NCBI GenBank assembly: GCA_963713045.1 | Contig: CAVQKE010000003.1 | Coordinates: forward strand, 704,001-768,000 | Direction: 5' to 3' | DNA length: 64,000 nucleotides | Source: an uncultured delta proteobacterium | GTDB taxonomy: Bacteria > Myxococcota > Myxococcia > Myxococcales > Myxococcaceae | Part shown: piece after piece, positions 47,684-56,733 of the stretch | How the letters are laid out: each line of letters begins with the position of its first letter | How positions within the stretch are numbered: position 1 is the stretch's first letter | Made by a program: the position numbers and the translations under genes | Notes under the pieces: generated by a model | What the model was told of the DNA's origin: nothing | Seen by the model: the letters and a program-made list of their open reading frames with translations, nothing else | The model's database searches: none

Positions 47684-48612
47684 GTGAAGACTCCCACCCG
47701 TTTGACCTCAGGGACCAGCGTGAGGCCGGTCGCCTCGTGGACACGCGCCTGGGCCAAGGCAATCAGTCCTGCGACGTCCCGAGCGCTTGCTGCGCCGAGG
47801 TTGACAATCCAGTTGGCGTGAAGCTCGCTGATGCGCGCCCCGCCCAGGGTGTGGCCCTTCAGCCCGACAGACTCAATGAGGCGCCCGGCATAGTCCCCGG
47901 GGGGGTTGCGAAAGACGCTGCCGCAGTTGGGTTGACTTAAGGGCTGAGTGCGCTTGCGGTAGCCGAGGTCCGCCTCCATCGCGGCGTTGGATGCCTCGAC
48001 GTTCCCCTGGCGAAGACGGAACCGGACGCGCAGGGCCACGCTTCGAGGCGGCAGCGCCGTGTGCCGGTAGCTGATGGCCAGCTCGGAACGGCCGACCCAG
48101 CCCACGCCGTCGACGGTGGCGAATTCAACCGCCTCCAACACTTGCCCGCACTCGCCGTGCTTGGTGCCGGCATTCATCGCCAGCGCCCCGCCCAACGTGC
48201 CAGGGATGCCGGCCAAAAACTCCGCCCCCACCCAGCCGCGGCTGCGCATCTGGTTCACCAACCGGACGATGGCCGCCCCCGCGCACAGGGTGACCAGGCC
48301 GCCTTGCTCCAGAGGCTGGGACTCTTCGGAGAAGAGGTCCGCCGGAACCTTCAGCGTGACGCCGGGAAGGCCACCGTCGCCCACCAGCGTGTTGGCGCCC
48401 CCGCCCAGCACGTGGATGGGCAAACCGAAGTCTTCCGCGCGGCGAAGCAACGCCACCACTGCGTCGGCAGAACGCGGGCGGATGAAGAACTCGGCGGCCC
48501 CGCCGACGCGCAAGCTTGTCTTCGGGGCGAGCGGCTCGTGCTCCGCCGCCTCGACGGCGAGGCCGGACACCAGGCTGGCGAGACTTCGGGATGCGAGGGC
48601 GGAACTCTTCAC
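47680..48612 (-). CDS. murB: UDP-N-acetylmuramate dehydrogenase
   Basis: RVGGAA, GGGANTLV, GIPGTLGGALAMNAG, GSVFRNP, HANWIVN and PEVK motifs. Confidence 0.95.
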   Translation of the reverse strand: MKSSALASRSLASLVSGLAVEAAEHEPLAPKTSLRVGGAAEFFIRPRSADAVVALLRRAEDFGLPIHVLGGGANTLVGDGGLPGVTLKVPADLFSEESQPLEQGGLVTLCAGAAIVRLVNQMRSRGWVGAEFLAGIPGTLGGALAMNAGTKHGECGQVLEAVEFATVDGVGWVGRSELAISYRHTALPPRSVALRVRFRLRQGNVEASNAAMEADLGYRKRTQPLSQPNCGSVFRNPPGDYAGRLIESVGLKGHTLGGARISELHANWIVNLGAASARDVAGLIALAQARVHEATGLTLVPEVKRVGVFT

Positions 48613-48644
48613 CTCAGTCCTTTGTGAGCGAAGTTGGGGGGTGG

Positions 48645-48660
48645 AGCAAGTCCCTTGCCA
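48645..48660 (-). promoter_or_regulatory. Candidate sigma54 (-24/-12) promoter upstream of murB
   Basis: Minus strand TGGCAAG-GGAC-TTGCT, one mismatch to TGGCACG-N4-TTGCW, about 33 nt upstream of the murB GTG. Confidence 0.55.
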
Positions 48661-48879
48661 AGGAAAGGAACATTTTGTGCCCCGCGTCGCCAAGCAACAC
48701 CCCGGTCAAGCGCGGTTGCGCAGCCACAGTCCTTTTCTCGGAAGTGCCACGTTTGCCAGCGGGTGAGATTGGGTTACCTCGCTGCGCCGGACCGGCGAGT
48801 CACCCCAAGCCCGGTTGACGGCAGCACCTCGGTCGAGGAGATGGAGGCGGGGGGAGGTCCAGGATGCTTCTTCGAAGAA

Positions 48880-50131
48880 TGATGACGCCAGTGGCAGTCC
48901 TCGCCCTGGGAGTCGCCACTGGCTGCGGCTCCAGTGGCGAGACCATCACTGGGACCGTGGGGAATCCCGGGGAGTGCCCAAGGCATCGTGGTGGGCATTC
49001 GCTCGGGCGGCCTCCTGCAGACGGTGACGACCGGCAATGCTGGGAGTTTCAGCGTGAGCGGCGTCACGCTGCCGTATGACGCGATGGTCGTCATCAACAA
49101 TTCAGTCCTCGTCCTCCAAGGGCTGACGGTCCTCCACCCGACGCTTGCGAGCGCGCAGTATGAGTACGGCTACCCGCCGAATGGGCCGGCCCATGGCGCG
49201 ACGCTGCAAGGCAGCGTGACTCCGCCGCCCGGAACTCCAGCCCTTCGAGACCTTGAACCTCGCTTACGTCACCGCGGGCGGGGCGTATCTGGGGTTGGGC
49301 AACTTACTACAGCCGTCCGTCCCCGCCTTTGCGCTAAGCGCCAGTTGGTCTGGGCCAGCAGCAGTGACCGGGAATCTCTACGCGCTTGCGAGCCATGTGG
49401 AATTCCCGCCGCCACCCACGCTGGCAGAAGTCACAATCTATGATGGCTTCGTGATGTTCCCGGCCGTGACAGTCAGCGACGGCGAGACGCGGGCCGGTTT
49501 GGATGCTGTCCTTCAGCCGGTGGGCACCGAGCAACTCTCTGGGACGGTGACGTACCCGGCTGGCTTTGAACCCTATATGGACCCGGTGGTGTCACTGTTC
49601 ATTCAGCAGGGGTCGGAATTGAGCTTCCCCCTGGACGTCAGCATCGGCTCCACCGACTTCACACTGGCCGTTCCCCAGCTTCCGCGCATCGCCTTTCAAG
49701 TCCAAGCATCGGCACTCACCGACGATATGAACGCCGGGTACCAGGTCACTCAACGCGTCGCGTCCTTTGACGGCGGCCTCTTGCAGCTGACGTTCCCCAC
49801 ACCACCGATGCTGGAAGCTCCGGCCAACTTTGGAACCGTCCAGCAGGCGTCTTCCACGTTTCAGTGGAGCCCCGTGGCTGGCGCTTCGCTCTACTTTCTT
49901 CAAATCCAGGGGGATGGAAACATCTCCGTGTACACGACACAGCCTTCGGTGACGTTGCCGGACCTCTCCACCTTCGGCGTCCCAGCGCTCGGCAAAGCCA
50001 GTTGGGGGGTGTGGAGCTTCTCGAATCCCTCCAACGTCGACCAGCTGGTCGCTGACGCAGGCTTCTCCGTTTTCAACCTGGCAGACCAGGTCCAGACCCA
50101 TTCGGCCCTGGGCAGCGTGGTCCTTCAGTAA
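48880..50131 (+). pseudogene. Beta-rich lipoprotein split by two +1 frameshifts (pseudogene or assembly error)
   Basis: Lipobox VATGC in frame 1; continues in the frame of ORF 48934 after the G run at about 48960, then in the frame of ORF 49253 after about 49240; uniform Ser/Thr/Val/Gly-rich composition across all three pieces. Confidence 0.65.
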
Positions 50132-50139
50132 CGACAGTC

Positions 50140-50190
50140 GTCTGCCCACCACTTTGCCGTTTCTACCGTTCGGCAAAAGGATGGGCAGAC
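50140..50190. terminator. Long hairpin between convergent genes
   Basis: GTCTGCCCA..TTTGCCG-loop-CGGCAAA..TGGGCAGAC. Confidence 0.6.
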
Positions 50191-50217
50191 CCAGGAGCTG
50201 TGGACTTCTTTGACGTG

Positions 50218-50460
50218 TTAGCGGAAGCCTTTGGCGACCATCGCCGCCTGCCGAGCCAAGAAGTTCTTGAGGTACTCGAGCCAGTCGAAGCCACGCGCCC
50301 CTCCGCCGGCACCACCGCCGGACCCGGAACGGACGCCCTCCGCCCACATCACGCTTGAGCGCGCACGCGGGCTGGTATTGGGGTGAGCAAGGGCGATGCT
50401 CGAGGCAAGGCAGCAAACAGCGAGAAACAACCTGGGTGAAGAATGGCGTGGGGGTGCCAT
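50218..50460 (-). CDS. Putative 80-aa secreted peptide with amphipathic C-terminal helix
   Basis: AGGAG 7 nt before ATG; signal peptide RLFLAVCCLASSIALA; Gly-rich linker; FDWLEYLKNFLARQAAMVAKGFR tail; downstream hairpin. Confidence 0.55.
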   Translation of the reverse strand: MAPPRHSSPRLFLAVCCLASSIALAHPNTSPRARSSVMWAEGVRSGSGGGAGGGARGFDWLEYLKNFLARQAAMVAKGFR

Positions 50461-50764
50461 GGGGAGACTCCTGATTCGGCCGAGCGGGAATTCGCTGCGG
50501 TCGAGGCCCCCTTGTGCAGCAGGTGTGCCGCTGGGAAACGCCAGGAAAATTGGGGACTCCGGCGCGAGGACGCCGAAAGCTGTCGCCCCCGAGGCAACGG
50601 GCCCTCGGCGACTTGTCGCCTGGCACGCAACGGACCTTCACCCCCCGGCTGCGCGCCCCCCGCACCGGGGGCCTCTGCGACAGGAAGAAGTCGCTGCGAC
50701 GCGCAGGGTGGGCATGGTTGGATGGGAGGCGACGCGGCCTGCGACCCAAGGAAATGTCTCCACC

Positions 50765-51130
50765 ATGAAAGTGCTCGCCCAAGTCTGCGTCTTGGCCGTC
50801 GCCGCTGAGCACCTCTGGTTCCTGGTGCTGGAGATGTTTCTCTTCACCAAGCCCATTGGGCTGAAGACGTTTCACCTCAGCGAGGCCGCAGCCCGTGCCG
50901 CGGCACCGGCCATGGCCAACCAGGGCCTGTACAACGGCTTCCTGTCCGCCGGTCTCGTGTGGAGCCTCTTCGCGAGCGAGCCCTTCGGCTTCCAACTCAA
51001 ACTTTTCTTTCTCGGCTGCGTCTTGGTGGCGGGCCTCTTCGGCGCCGCCACGGTGAGCCGTGCCATCCTCTTCGTCCAGGCGCTGCCGGCGGCAGTGGCC
51101 GCCGCGGTGGTACTCCTGTCATCGCCCTAG
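50765..51130 (+). CDS. DUF1304 family membrane protein
   Basis: EHLWFLVLEMF, ANQGLYNGFL, GLFGAATVS and LFVQALPA motifs. Confidence 0.88.
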   Translation: MKVLAQVCVLAVAAEHLWFLVLEMFLFTKPIGLKTFHLSEAAARAAAPAMANQGLYNGFLSAGLVWSLFASEPFGFQLKLFFLGCVLVAGLFGAATVSRAILFVQALPAAVAAAVVLLSSP

Positions 51131-51137
51131 ACGTGCG

Positions 51138-51704
51138 TTAGAGGCCGTCGGTGACTCCCTCGAAGGCCTGGGTGACGTGGGCGCTGAAGGCCACATCCTC
51201 CCAGGAGCCGTCGAGACAGGGCGGCGAGGCCCAAGGCTGACAGGGGTGCGTGCCTGCGTCCGGCAGCGCACCACGCTGTCCCCAGCCGAGGTGCGCCTTG
51301 TTGGCGTCGTCCGGGACGCCCCGCTCCTCGTCGAGTCGGTGCATCAACTCGTGCGTGAAGGAGGCGCCGTGGTCCGCGAGGTACACCGTGGCCTCGCCGA
51401 GGAGCAGGCATCCGGTGGCATCGTCGCAGGCGGACTCCGGAATGGTGTCCGCGTCCGGCCACAGCCACACCGTGAGGCCAGAGACCGCCCCGTTAAACTG
51501 CTCTTGGCTGAAGAGTCCGGGCGGCACCACCGTCGCTTGGCTGCGCTGCACCATGGTGTCGACCCCCGAGCACAAGACGGTGCGCGAGGCTTCCAACGTC
51601 ATCCCCGCCGAGGAACAGCTGTTGGCAGCAGCGAAGGGCGGCCCGGCGCAGGCCAGCAGGCAGTAGCCAGACAGCACGAGTGCGAGGCAGCGGACGGAGG
51701 GCAT
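51138..51704 (-). CDS. Small Cys-rich lipoprotein with HExxH motif
   Basis: Lipobox-like LLAC; FTHELMH followed by a further His (KAHLGW); several Cys. Confidence 0.6.
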   Translation of the reverse strand: MPSVRCLALVLSGYCLLACAGPPFAAANSCSSAGMTLEASRTVLCSGVDTMVQRSQATVVPPGLFSQEQFNGAVSGLTVWLWPDADTIPESACDDATGCLLLGEATVYLADHGASFTHELMHRLDEERGVPDDANKAHLGWGQRGALPDAGTHPCQPWASPPCLDGSWEDVAFSAHVTQAFEGVTDGL

Positions 51705-51861
51705 CCTCAAAAGCTGAAGCGTCCACCGGGCCCACGCCCCGGCGCAATGGCCCCCCCCGCGGGTACGCCGCTACCCACGCGTTGAAGTTGCGTTCGGGCG
51801 CTGCCCCCCATCGAGGACGGGCTGTGGGAGAGTCCCCCGCCCCCCGTTGGAGGAGGTTTCG

Positions 51862-52981
51862 ATGGCGAAGGCTGAAGCGCTGGTTCCAGAGAGCCGTCTC
51901 ATCGCCATCGACTGGCTTCGCGGGCTGGTGATGGTGCTCATGACGCTGGACCATGCAAGCCACGCCTTCAACGCCGGCCGCCTGATGACCGACTCGGTGA
52001 GGTCGGACCGCTACCCGCTGCCAGCCGCGGACTTCCTCACCCGGTGGGCATCGCACATTGTGTGCCCCGACCTTTGTCTTCTTGGCCGGCACCTCCTTGG
52101 CGCTCAGCATCGCGCGTCGGACTCGCAGCGGCGCTTCGCCAGGGGACATCGACCGCCACATCCTCCTGCGTGGCCTCCTCATCACTGCGCTGGAGCTGTG
52201 GATGTCGCTTGCCTTCGTCGGGCCCCACGTCCTGCTGTTTCAAGTCCTCTACGCCCTCGGCATGGGCATGGTGTGCATGGCGGCCCTGCGCCGGCTCCCG
52301 GTCGGTTGGCTCCTTGCCTTCGGCCTGGTGGGCTGGCTCCTCTCGGAGCCCCTCGCGGCTTGGGCCGCGTCGCTTCAGGGGCCAAGCGCCGTGTTCGGCT
52401 CTCTACTGTTTGCGCCTGGGTTTTTTTGGAAGCACTTCATCGTCGGCTACCCACTGTTTCCCTGGCTCTGCACCATGGCCATTGGCTTCTGTTTCGGCCA
52501 ATGGCTCTTGGCGCAGCCGGCCCAGCGCCAAGCCCAGCGCGCTGTGCGGCTCCTCGTTCCGTGGGGACTGGCACTGCTGGCGCTGTACTTCGTCCTGCGT
52601 GGCCTCAACGGCCTTGGGAACATGGGCCTCTACCGGCATGACGGGTCGGTGGTGCAGTGGCTGCACGTCTGCAAATACCCGCCCAGTCTCGCCTATTGGG
52701 GCCTCGAACTCGGCTTGGCGGCGCTTCTGTTGGCCCTCGCCTTCGCCGCCCGGCTGCGCTGGTGGCCCCTGGTGCTGCTCGGCCAGACGGCCCTCTTCTA
52801 TTACCTGTTGCATGTCCACCTTTTGGACTTGGCCGCGCTGGCACTCGGCCTCTACGAGAAGGCCGGCCTTTTGGCGACATACTTGGCGACGCTGGGTGCG
52901 GTGGTGGTGCTGCTTCCCGCGTGCCGCTGGTACCGCGGCTACAAGCGCGCCCACCCCACCGGATGGCCCCAGTACATTTGA
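51862..52981 (+). CDS. DUF1624/HGSNAT-like membrane acyltransferase, apparent +1 frameshift near 52057
   Basis: GGAGG RBS; RLIAIDWLRGLVMVLMTLDH in one frame; CAPTFVFLAG...YPLFPW...KYPPSL...LFYYLLH in the next; removing one base restores RWASHLCAPTF. Confidence 0.8.
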
Positions 52982-53017
52982 GGCGGCCGACGGCTGCCCC
53001 GGGTGCCGCCAGTCCCG

Positions 53018-54425
53018 TTAGGTCCGCGCGCTGAGAAGCTCGAGCAGCTCGGGCCCCACCTGGGTGATGTCGCCCGCGCCAAGGGTGAGCACCAGGTCCC
53101 CTCGCTCCAGCCGCGGCAGCAATGCGGCGGCGACGTCGGCGCGCTTCTCCACGTACGTCACGTCGCGGTGCCCGTGCGCCCGCACCGCCTCCACCACCGC
53201 CGCGCCATTCACCCCGGCAATGGGTTCCTCGCTGGCGGCGTAAATGCCCGTCACCACCACCAGGTCGGCGTCGTTGAAGGCGCGCGCAAACTCCGCCAGC
53301 AAGTCCCTGGTGCGCGTGTAGCGGTGTGGCTGAAAGGCCACCACCAGTCGCCGTCCAAACGCAGCGCGCGCGCCGGCCAGCGTGGCCATCACCTCCGCCG
53401 GGTGGTGGCCGTAGTCATCCACCACCGTGATTCCGTCCACCTCCCCCCGCACCGTAAAGCGGCGCTGGACTCCCTCGAAGCCGGCCAGCGCTTTGCGGAC
53501 CACCCCCAAGGGCACCTCCATCTCGTCGGCCACGGCAATCACGGCCAGGGCGTTGAGGGCGTTGTGCGCACCCACCATCCGCACCGCGAATTCGCCCAAG
53601 CCCTCGCTACGACGGAAGGCGTGGAAACGCGTGGTAAAACCGTCCAGCGTCACCCCTTCCAGCCGGTAATCTGCGGCGTGCGTCGTCCCGTAGGTGACGA
53701 AGCGTTTCTCCACGCCGGGGAGCAGCGCCTGGACGTTGGGATGGTCGAGGCAAAGAACGTTGAGCCCGTAGAAGGGCACCCGGTTGCAGAACTCGACAAA
53801 GGCCTGGCGCAACGCCTCCACCGTCCCAAAGTGGTCCAGGTGCTCGGGGTCGACGTTGGTGACGACAGCGATGGACGGGTGAAGCCGCAGGAAGCTTCCG
53901 TCCGACTCGTCGGCCTCCACCACCATCAAGTCACTCTTGCCGAGCTTGGCGTTGCTGCCGAGGACATTCACCTTGCCACCCACCACCGCGGTGGGGTCCA
54001 GCCCAGCCGCGTTCAGCACCGTGGCCACCATCGAGGTGGTGGTGGTTTTCCCGTGGCTACCGGCCACGGCCACGCCAGTATTTGAGCCGCATCAGCTCAG
54101 CCAGCATCTCCGCGCGCGGGATGACGGGGATTTTTCGCGCATGGGCGGCGAGAATTTCAGGGTTGTCCCGACGCACCGCCGAGGACGTCACCACCACGTC
54201 CGCCACGCCGAGGTTTTCTCCGCGGTGGCCAATGGCCACGGTGGCCCCCAGCTTCTGTAGCCGCCGGATGATGTCCGACTCTTTCAGGTCGCTGCCGCTC
54301 ACCTGGTAGCCCAAGTTGAGCAACACCTCGGCGATGCCGCTCATGCCAATGCCGCCGATGCCGACAAAGTGCACCCGGGCCGCGTGGCGCGTCTTGAAGA
54401 GGCTGGCCTGGGGACGGGAAGTCAC
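53018..54425 (-). CDS. murC: UDP-N-acetylmuramate--L-alanine ligase, apparent +1 frameshift at about 54077
   Basis: N-terminal part [14 protein letters not shown]...[14 protein letters not shown]-terminal part [12 protein letters not shown]...EADESDG...DDYGHHP...FQPHRYTR; one extra base separates KY from GVAVAG. Confidence 0.93.
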
Positions 54426-55546
54426 TTCCCGGGGGCCTCGGAGGGCCGACGCGCAGCGCGGCCGCGCGCTCGGTCCACCAGCTCAACGCACACGTCGGCC
54501 AGCTCGCGCGCCGCCTCCGGCCGACCGAGCAGTCCTGCCTCCCGCGCCATCTTCTGCAACCGCTCGGGGTGCTGGTAGAGCTCGCGAATGGTGTCGGCCA
54601 GCACCGGGCCAGTGAGCTGCGACTCGCGGTACATGAGGGCCGCCCCGGCCGCCACCAGGGCACGGGCGTTGACTGCCTGGTGGTCGTCGGTGGCGCCCGG
54701 AAAAGGCACCAGCACCGAGGCCTTCTTGCAGATGGCCAGCTCGGCCACCGTGCCAGCGCCAGCGCGACAAACCACCAGCGAGGCGCGGGCGTAGGCGGCC
54801 GACATGTCGGCGATGAAATCCACCACGTCGGCGCGAAAGCCGGCGCCGGCATAGGCGGCGCGAGCCGCCGGCAAGTCTGCGTTTCCGCTTTGGTGGACGA
54901 AGTCGACGGCCTCCCGCAAGTCCGTGAGGAAGCCCAGCGACTCCAACACCCGCACGTTCAGTCCGTGCGCTCCTTGGGAACCGCCGAGGACCAGCACCTC
55001 AAACCGGTCGTGCGCGGACTTGCTGCGCAGGTAGTTGTCGAGCAGCTTGCGGCGCACCGGGTTTCCCACCAGATGCGTCTTGGCCGCCGGGAAGGCGGCG
55101 CGCGACTCCTCGAAGGCGATGAAGACGGCCTGGACGAAATGCCCCAGGACCCGGTTGGTGAAGCCGGGCAAGGCATTCTGCTCCTGGATGGCGGTGGGGA
55201 TGCGCCGCAGCCAAGCGGTCAGCACCACCGGGCCGCTGGCATAGCCTCCCACCCCAACCACCACGTCCGGGCGAAAACGGCTGAGGATGCGCCACGACTC
55301 AAAGAAGGACCAGGGCAGCAGCAGCAGCCCCACAAGAAAGCTGCCAACCCGCTTGCCCTTCAGGCCGCGGGCGGAAATGGTTTGCAGGGAGAAGCCCGAA
55401 GCCGGCACCACCCGCGCCTCCAGTCCGCGCCGCGTGCCGACAAAGAGGACAGCGTTTCGGGGATGGCGGGTGGTGAATTCCTCGGCCAGCGCGATGCCGG
55501 GGAAGAGGTGGCCACCCGTGCCACCACCGGCGATGAGCATCCTCAT
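54422..55546 (-). CDS. murG: Undecaprenyl-PP-MurNAc-pentapeptide GlcNAc transferase
   Basis: [33 protein letters not shown] and HQAVNA motifs. Confidence 0.96.
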   Translation of the reverse strand: MRMLIAGGGTGGHLFPGIALAEEFTTRHPRNAVLFVGTRRGLEARVVPASGFSLQTISARGLKGKRVGSFLVGLLLLPWSFFESWRILSRFRPDVVVGVGGYASGPVVLTAWLRRIPTAIQEQNALPGFTNRVLGHFVQAVFIAFEESRAAFPAAKTHLVGNPVRRKLLDNYLRSKSAHDRFEVLVLGGSQGAHGLNVRVLESLGFLTDLREAVDFVHQSGNADLPAARAAYAGAGFRADVVDFIADMSAAYARASLVVCRAGAGTVAELAICKKASVLVPFPGATDDHQAVNARALVAAGAALMYRESQLTGPVLADTIRELYQHPERLQKMAREAGLLGRPEAARELADVCVELVDRARGRAARRPSEAPGK

Positions 55547-56733
55547 GCCGGCGCTTCCGACAGCGGGCGGCGTCGCACCGCGCCGGAGCGCATCGGCGCA
55601 GTGGCGGCGCTCAGGCTGAGCAGCGCGCCGGCGGCCGTCATCGACACCACCAGCGAGCACCCTCCATAGGAGACGAAGGGCAGCGTCAGCCCCTTGGTGG
55701 GCAGCATGCCCATGGCGACGCTCATGTTGACCACCGCCTGGACCCCAAGCAGTGCGGTCAACCCGAGGCCAAGGTAAGTGCCGAAGGTTTCCGAGGCATG
55801 CAGCGCGGCCCGCGTGCCGCGCCAGACGATGACGGCGTAGAGAAGGACCATGGCGGCTGCGCCGAACAGGCCGAGCTCCTCGCCCACAATGCTGAAGATG
55901 AAGTCGGTGTGGGCCTCCGGCAAAAAGAAGAGCTTCTGGCGGCTCTCGCCCAACCCCAGGCCCCAGAAGCCTCCCGAGCCGACCGAAATCAGGGACTGGG
56001 CCACCTGGTAGCCGACGTCGTGTCGGTGCGCCCAGGGGTCGAGGAAGGCCTTGATGCGCGCCCAGCGGTATGGAGAGTGGGCCACGGCGTGGTAGGCCAG
56101 TGGCAGCGCGAGAAGCACCGAGCCAACGAGGTAGGAGAGTTTGGTGCCGGCGGCGAAGAGGAGGACGAAGAGGAGCGCCAAAAGCTCCACCGCGCTTCCG
56201 AAATCCGGTTGGGCCATGCACAACACCACCAACAGCCCTCCCAACAGCACGTGGGGGAGGAAACCGATGCTAAAGGAGGCCACCTTCTCGCGCTTCTTGG
56301 CCAGGCTGTAGGCCAAGTACACCACCCAGGTGAATTTGGCGATTTCGGCCGGCTGGATGCTGACTCCGGGAAACCGAATCCATCGTCGGGCGCCGCCCAC
56401 CAGTGTCCCAACCCCGGGCATCAGCACCAGCACCAACAGCAGCACCGTCACCACCAGCAGCGGGTAGGCCAGCCGCGCCAGGCGCCGGTAGCCGACTTTC
56501 AGCGCGGTGGCCATGGCCAACAACCCCACCAGCGCTGCCACCAGCTGTCGCTGCAGAAAATAGAAGCCACTTCCCGTCTTCTGAAGTGCCATCACCGCGC
56601 TGGCCGAATACACCATCACCAGTCCGAGGCTGAGCAGGCCCAGCACTGCGGCCAGGAGAATTGGGTCCACTGTGAGCCGCACCGGCTCGGTGCGGCTGTC
56701 GGGAAGCGCCTGGGAGGGCTGACGCCACCTCAT
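55543..56733 (-). CDS. ftsW: SEDS peptidoglycan glycosyltransferase FtsW
   Basis: MVYSAS, GARRW, IQPAEIAK, QPDFG, LPEAHTDFIF and LPFVSYGG motifs. Confidence 0.96.
   Translation of the reverse strand: MRWRQPSQALPDSRTEPVRLTVDPILLAAVLGLLSLGLVMVYSASAVMALQKTGSGFYFLQRQLVAALVGLLAMATALKVGYRRLARLAYPLLVVTVLLLVLVLMPGVGTLVGGARRWIRFPGVSIQPAEIAKFTWVVYLAYSLAKKREKVASFSIGFLPHVLLGGLLVVLCMAQPDFGSAVELLALLFVLLFAAGTKLSYLVGSVLLALPLAYHAVAHSPYRWARIKAFLDPWAHRHDVGYQVAQSLISVGSGGFWGLGLGESRQKLFFLPEAHTDFIFSIVGEELGLFGAAAMVLLYAVIVWRGTRAALHASETFGTYLGLGLTALLGVQAVVNMSVAMGMLPTKGLTLPFVSYGGCSLVVSMTAAGALLSLSAATAPMRSGAVRRRPLSEAPA

Noticed and set aside
50621..50636. TGGCACG sigma54 -24 box upstream of DUF1304
   Set aside because: No GC at the -12 position.
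54060..54090. Programmed frameshifting in murC
   Set aside because: No slippery heptamer or homopolymer at the site, and nearby genes show the same +1 pattern, which favours assembly error.
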